Shown in pieces: positions 62,071 to 64,000 of a stretch of DNA of 64,000 nt. The first letter of the stretch is position 1. Each line of letters opens with the position of its first letter. Location of the stretch: contig REGJ01000002.1 in assembly GCA_003702525.1 (NCBI GenBank), positions 7,984 to 71,983 of the forward strand, given 5' to 3'. The DNA comes from Nitrosopumilus sp. (lineage in GTDB: Archaea; Thermoproteota; Nitrososphaeria; Nitrososphaerales; Nitrosopumilaceae). The position numbers and the translations under genes are program-made. The notes below the pieces were generated by a model. The model made no database searches, was not told where the DNA came from, and saw only the letters and a program-made list of their open reading frames with translations.

Positions 62071-62201
62071 CAACAAATAATCATGTAATTTTGATTTATT
62101 TTGTTAGCTCTAAGGAGGTTTAAGAGTAGATCAAATCTTTTACACAATTTATTGGGATTTTTTCCCTTTTGGGTTAAAATGTAATTTTATCAAAATTAAT
62201 C

Positions 62202-62651
62202 ATGAATTCATCAAGGAAGGGAGGAATGGTTATTCTCTTTATTCTAGGAATGAGTATTTTTGGATATTCACAATATGCCTCAGCATCTCAAATAGGAATT
62301 AGCATAACTCAGAGTGAGTTATTGAGTGAGAATGAAAAAGGTTCAGAATATAACATAGAATTGCAATTTGAAAACCCATCATTACTAATACTAACTTCAG
62401 GCACAACTGAGTTCTTTGTTATTGCAGATGAACAAATGGTAGGCAAGGGGCAATTAGAGCCATTTACCTTACAACCTCTAGATAGCACTTACGTAAAAGG
62501 AACTTTTCACACAGATGCAGACGATAGTGATGCTCAATCAGTAAAAATTACTGGTGTAACAAAATATGATGCATACTTTACATCAATTGAAATTCCATTT
62601 GTATACTATCCAACAGAAGAACAAGCAAGAGAATTTATACATCAAGATTAA
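62202..62651 (+). CDS. Exported LEA14/WHy-like protein
   Basis: N-terminal TM; LQFENPS...VGKGQ. Confidence 0.6.
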   Translation: MNSSRKGGMVILFILGMSIFGYSQYASASQIGISITQSELLSENEKGSEYNIELQFENPSLLILTSGTTEFFVIADEQMVGKGQLEPFTLQPLDSTYVKGTFHTDADDSDAQSVKITGVTKYDAYFTSIEIPFVYYPTEEQAREFIHQD

Positions 62652-62662
62652 TTTCTTCACAA

Positions 62663-63556
62663 ATGCTTACTGTTTTTGGTTCAACAGCATTAGATACAAT
62701 CAGAACTCCTAAAAAAACACTAAAGAATGTTTTAGGAGGTGCTGCAACTTTTGCTGCAATTTCTGCAAGTAATTTTGTAGATACTGGATTAATTGCAGTT
62801 GTAGGAAAAGATTTTCCAAAACAACATCACAAAACACTATCAAAATATCTTGATTTAGAAGGGTTCTCCATTAAAAATGGAAAAACATTTCGTTATGATG
62901 GAAAATATGATGATACACTAAGTACTAGATCAACATTAAAAACAGAATTAAATGTTTTAGCAGATTTTAAACCTACAGTACCTGAAACGTATAGAAAATC
63001 TCAATTTGTGTATCTTGCAAACAATGATCCTGAACAAAATACTGCACTAATCAAAGAATTTGATAAAGTCAAATTTTCAATGTGTGATACAATTGATTTC
63101 TGGATCTCTACGAAAAGAGATGCAGTAATCAAAATGATAAAGGCTGTAGATGCAGTTGTGATTAACGATGAAGAGGCTAAACTTCTCACAAAAGAATTCA
63201 ACTTGATAAAATGTGCAAAGAAGATGATGCAGTGGGGTGCAAAGTATGTTATTATTAAAAAAGGAGAACATGGTTCACTCATGTTCTATGATGATGTCAT
63301 ATTCCCAACTGCTGGCTTTTCATTAGAAGATGTAGTAGATCCTACAGGTGCAGGAGACTCTTTTGCAGGTGCCATGATAGGTTATCTAGCAAGTAAAAAG
63401 TCAACTAGTCTATCTGAGATCAAAAAAGCAGTTGTTTATGGTAATGTTTTAGGTTCATTTGCAGTTGAGAGATATGGATTAGATGGTTTGTTGAAGATCA
63501 AAAACGGAGACATTACAAAAAGAGTCAAGATGTACGAAAAAATGATCAGATTCTAA
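62663..63556 (+). CDS. PfkB-family carbohydrate/nucleoside kinase
   Basis: LGGAA, INDEEA, DPTGAGDSF. Confidence 0.93.
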   Translation: MLTVFGSTALDTIRTPKKTLKNVLGGAATFAAISASNFVDTGLIAVVGKDFPKQHHKTLSKYLDLEGFSIKNGKTFRYDGKYDDTLSTRSTLKTELNVLADFKPTVPETYRKSQFVYLANNDPEQNTALIKEFDKVKFSMCDTIDFWISTKRDAVIKMIKAVDAVVINDEEAKLLTKEFNLIKCAKKMMQWGAKYVIIKKGEHGSLMFYDDVIFPTAGFSLEDVVDPTGAGDSFAGAMIGYLASKKSTSLSEIKKAVVYGNVLGSFAVERYGLDGLLKIKNGDITKRVKMYEKMIRF

Positions 63557-63595
63557 AAAGACTTAAGTTCAATAATTTCTCAAATTAATTTATCA

Positions 63596-63943
63596 TTGTC
63601 ACAAGAAGTAACTGAAGACAGATTAGATACCATTTTCCAACTTCAAAAAGGATTATCAGAAATTATGAAGCTTGACAGATATCCAAAAGATGTAGAAGGT
63701 AGAGTATCTGCATTATCTACTGCAATAATGCATGAGGCAGTAGAACTGCAAAGAACTACTAACTGGAAATGGTGGAAAACTCCAACAAAGTTCAATGAAG
63801 CTGAAGCAAGAGAAGAGTTAATCGATATTTGGCATTTTGTAGTTCAAGCATCACTTGAATTAAACCTCACACCTGATGATATTGTAGCTGAATACAAAAA
63901 GAAAAATGAAATCAACAGAGAAAGACAGAGAAACGGGTATTAA
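63596..63943 (+). CDS. All-alpha (MazG-like) dUTPase
   Basis: EAVEL, NWKWWK, EELIDIWHF, KKNEINRERQ. Confidence 0.88.
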   Translation: MSQEVTEDRLDTIFQLQKGLSEIMKLDRYPKDVEGRVSALSTAIMHEAVELQRTTNWKWWKTPTKFNEAEAREELIDIWHFVVQASLELNLTPDDIVAEYKKKNEINRERQRNGY

Positions 63944-64000
63944 GAAATCTTTATTTTTTCAGAAATTATTTTCATACTAGTTTCATCAATTAAATCAATG
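63940..64000 (-). CDS. 3' end of a gene entering from beyond the window
   Basis: Open frame ...IDLIDETSMKIISEKIKIS* with stop at 63940-63942. Confidence 0.5.
   Translation of the reverse strand, partial: IDLIDETSMKIISEKIKIS

Overview
AT-rich archaeal chromosome segment whose gene content (PEFG-CTERM and CFI-box-CTERM surface proteins, Amt, split A-type ATP synthase, PoK/PPS CoA pathway, G1PDH, aCPSF1-psmB, BluB) indicates an ammonia-oxidising thaumarchaeon of the Nitrosopumilus type. Most of the window is core metabolism. The most striking part is an ~11.4 kb metal-acquisition neighbourhood (1-11374): five exported proteins predicted to expose His at or next to the mature N-terminus, several different C-terminal anchors, a CopC-CopD-beta-propeller fusion, a type-1 cupredoxin, a ZnuABC-type importer with a (HEE)n tandem repeat, and a NikR-family regulator. 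Reading between the supplied ORFs shows at least seven uncalled microproteins (including a metallothionein-like peptide and a candidate ATPase stalk subunit), two genes that appear to require CTG starts, a solo Cas4 with degenerate nuclease motifs, tRNA-Val(GAC), and a tRNA-Arg(CCT) with a D-loop intron. No CRISPR array, rRNA or mobile element was seen. All calls are by motif recognition; no database search was run.
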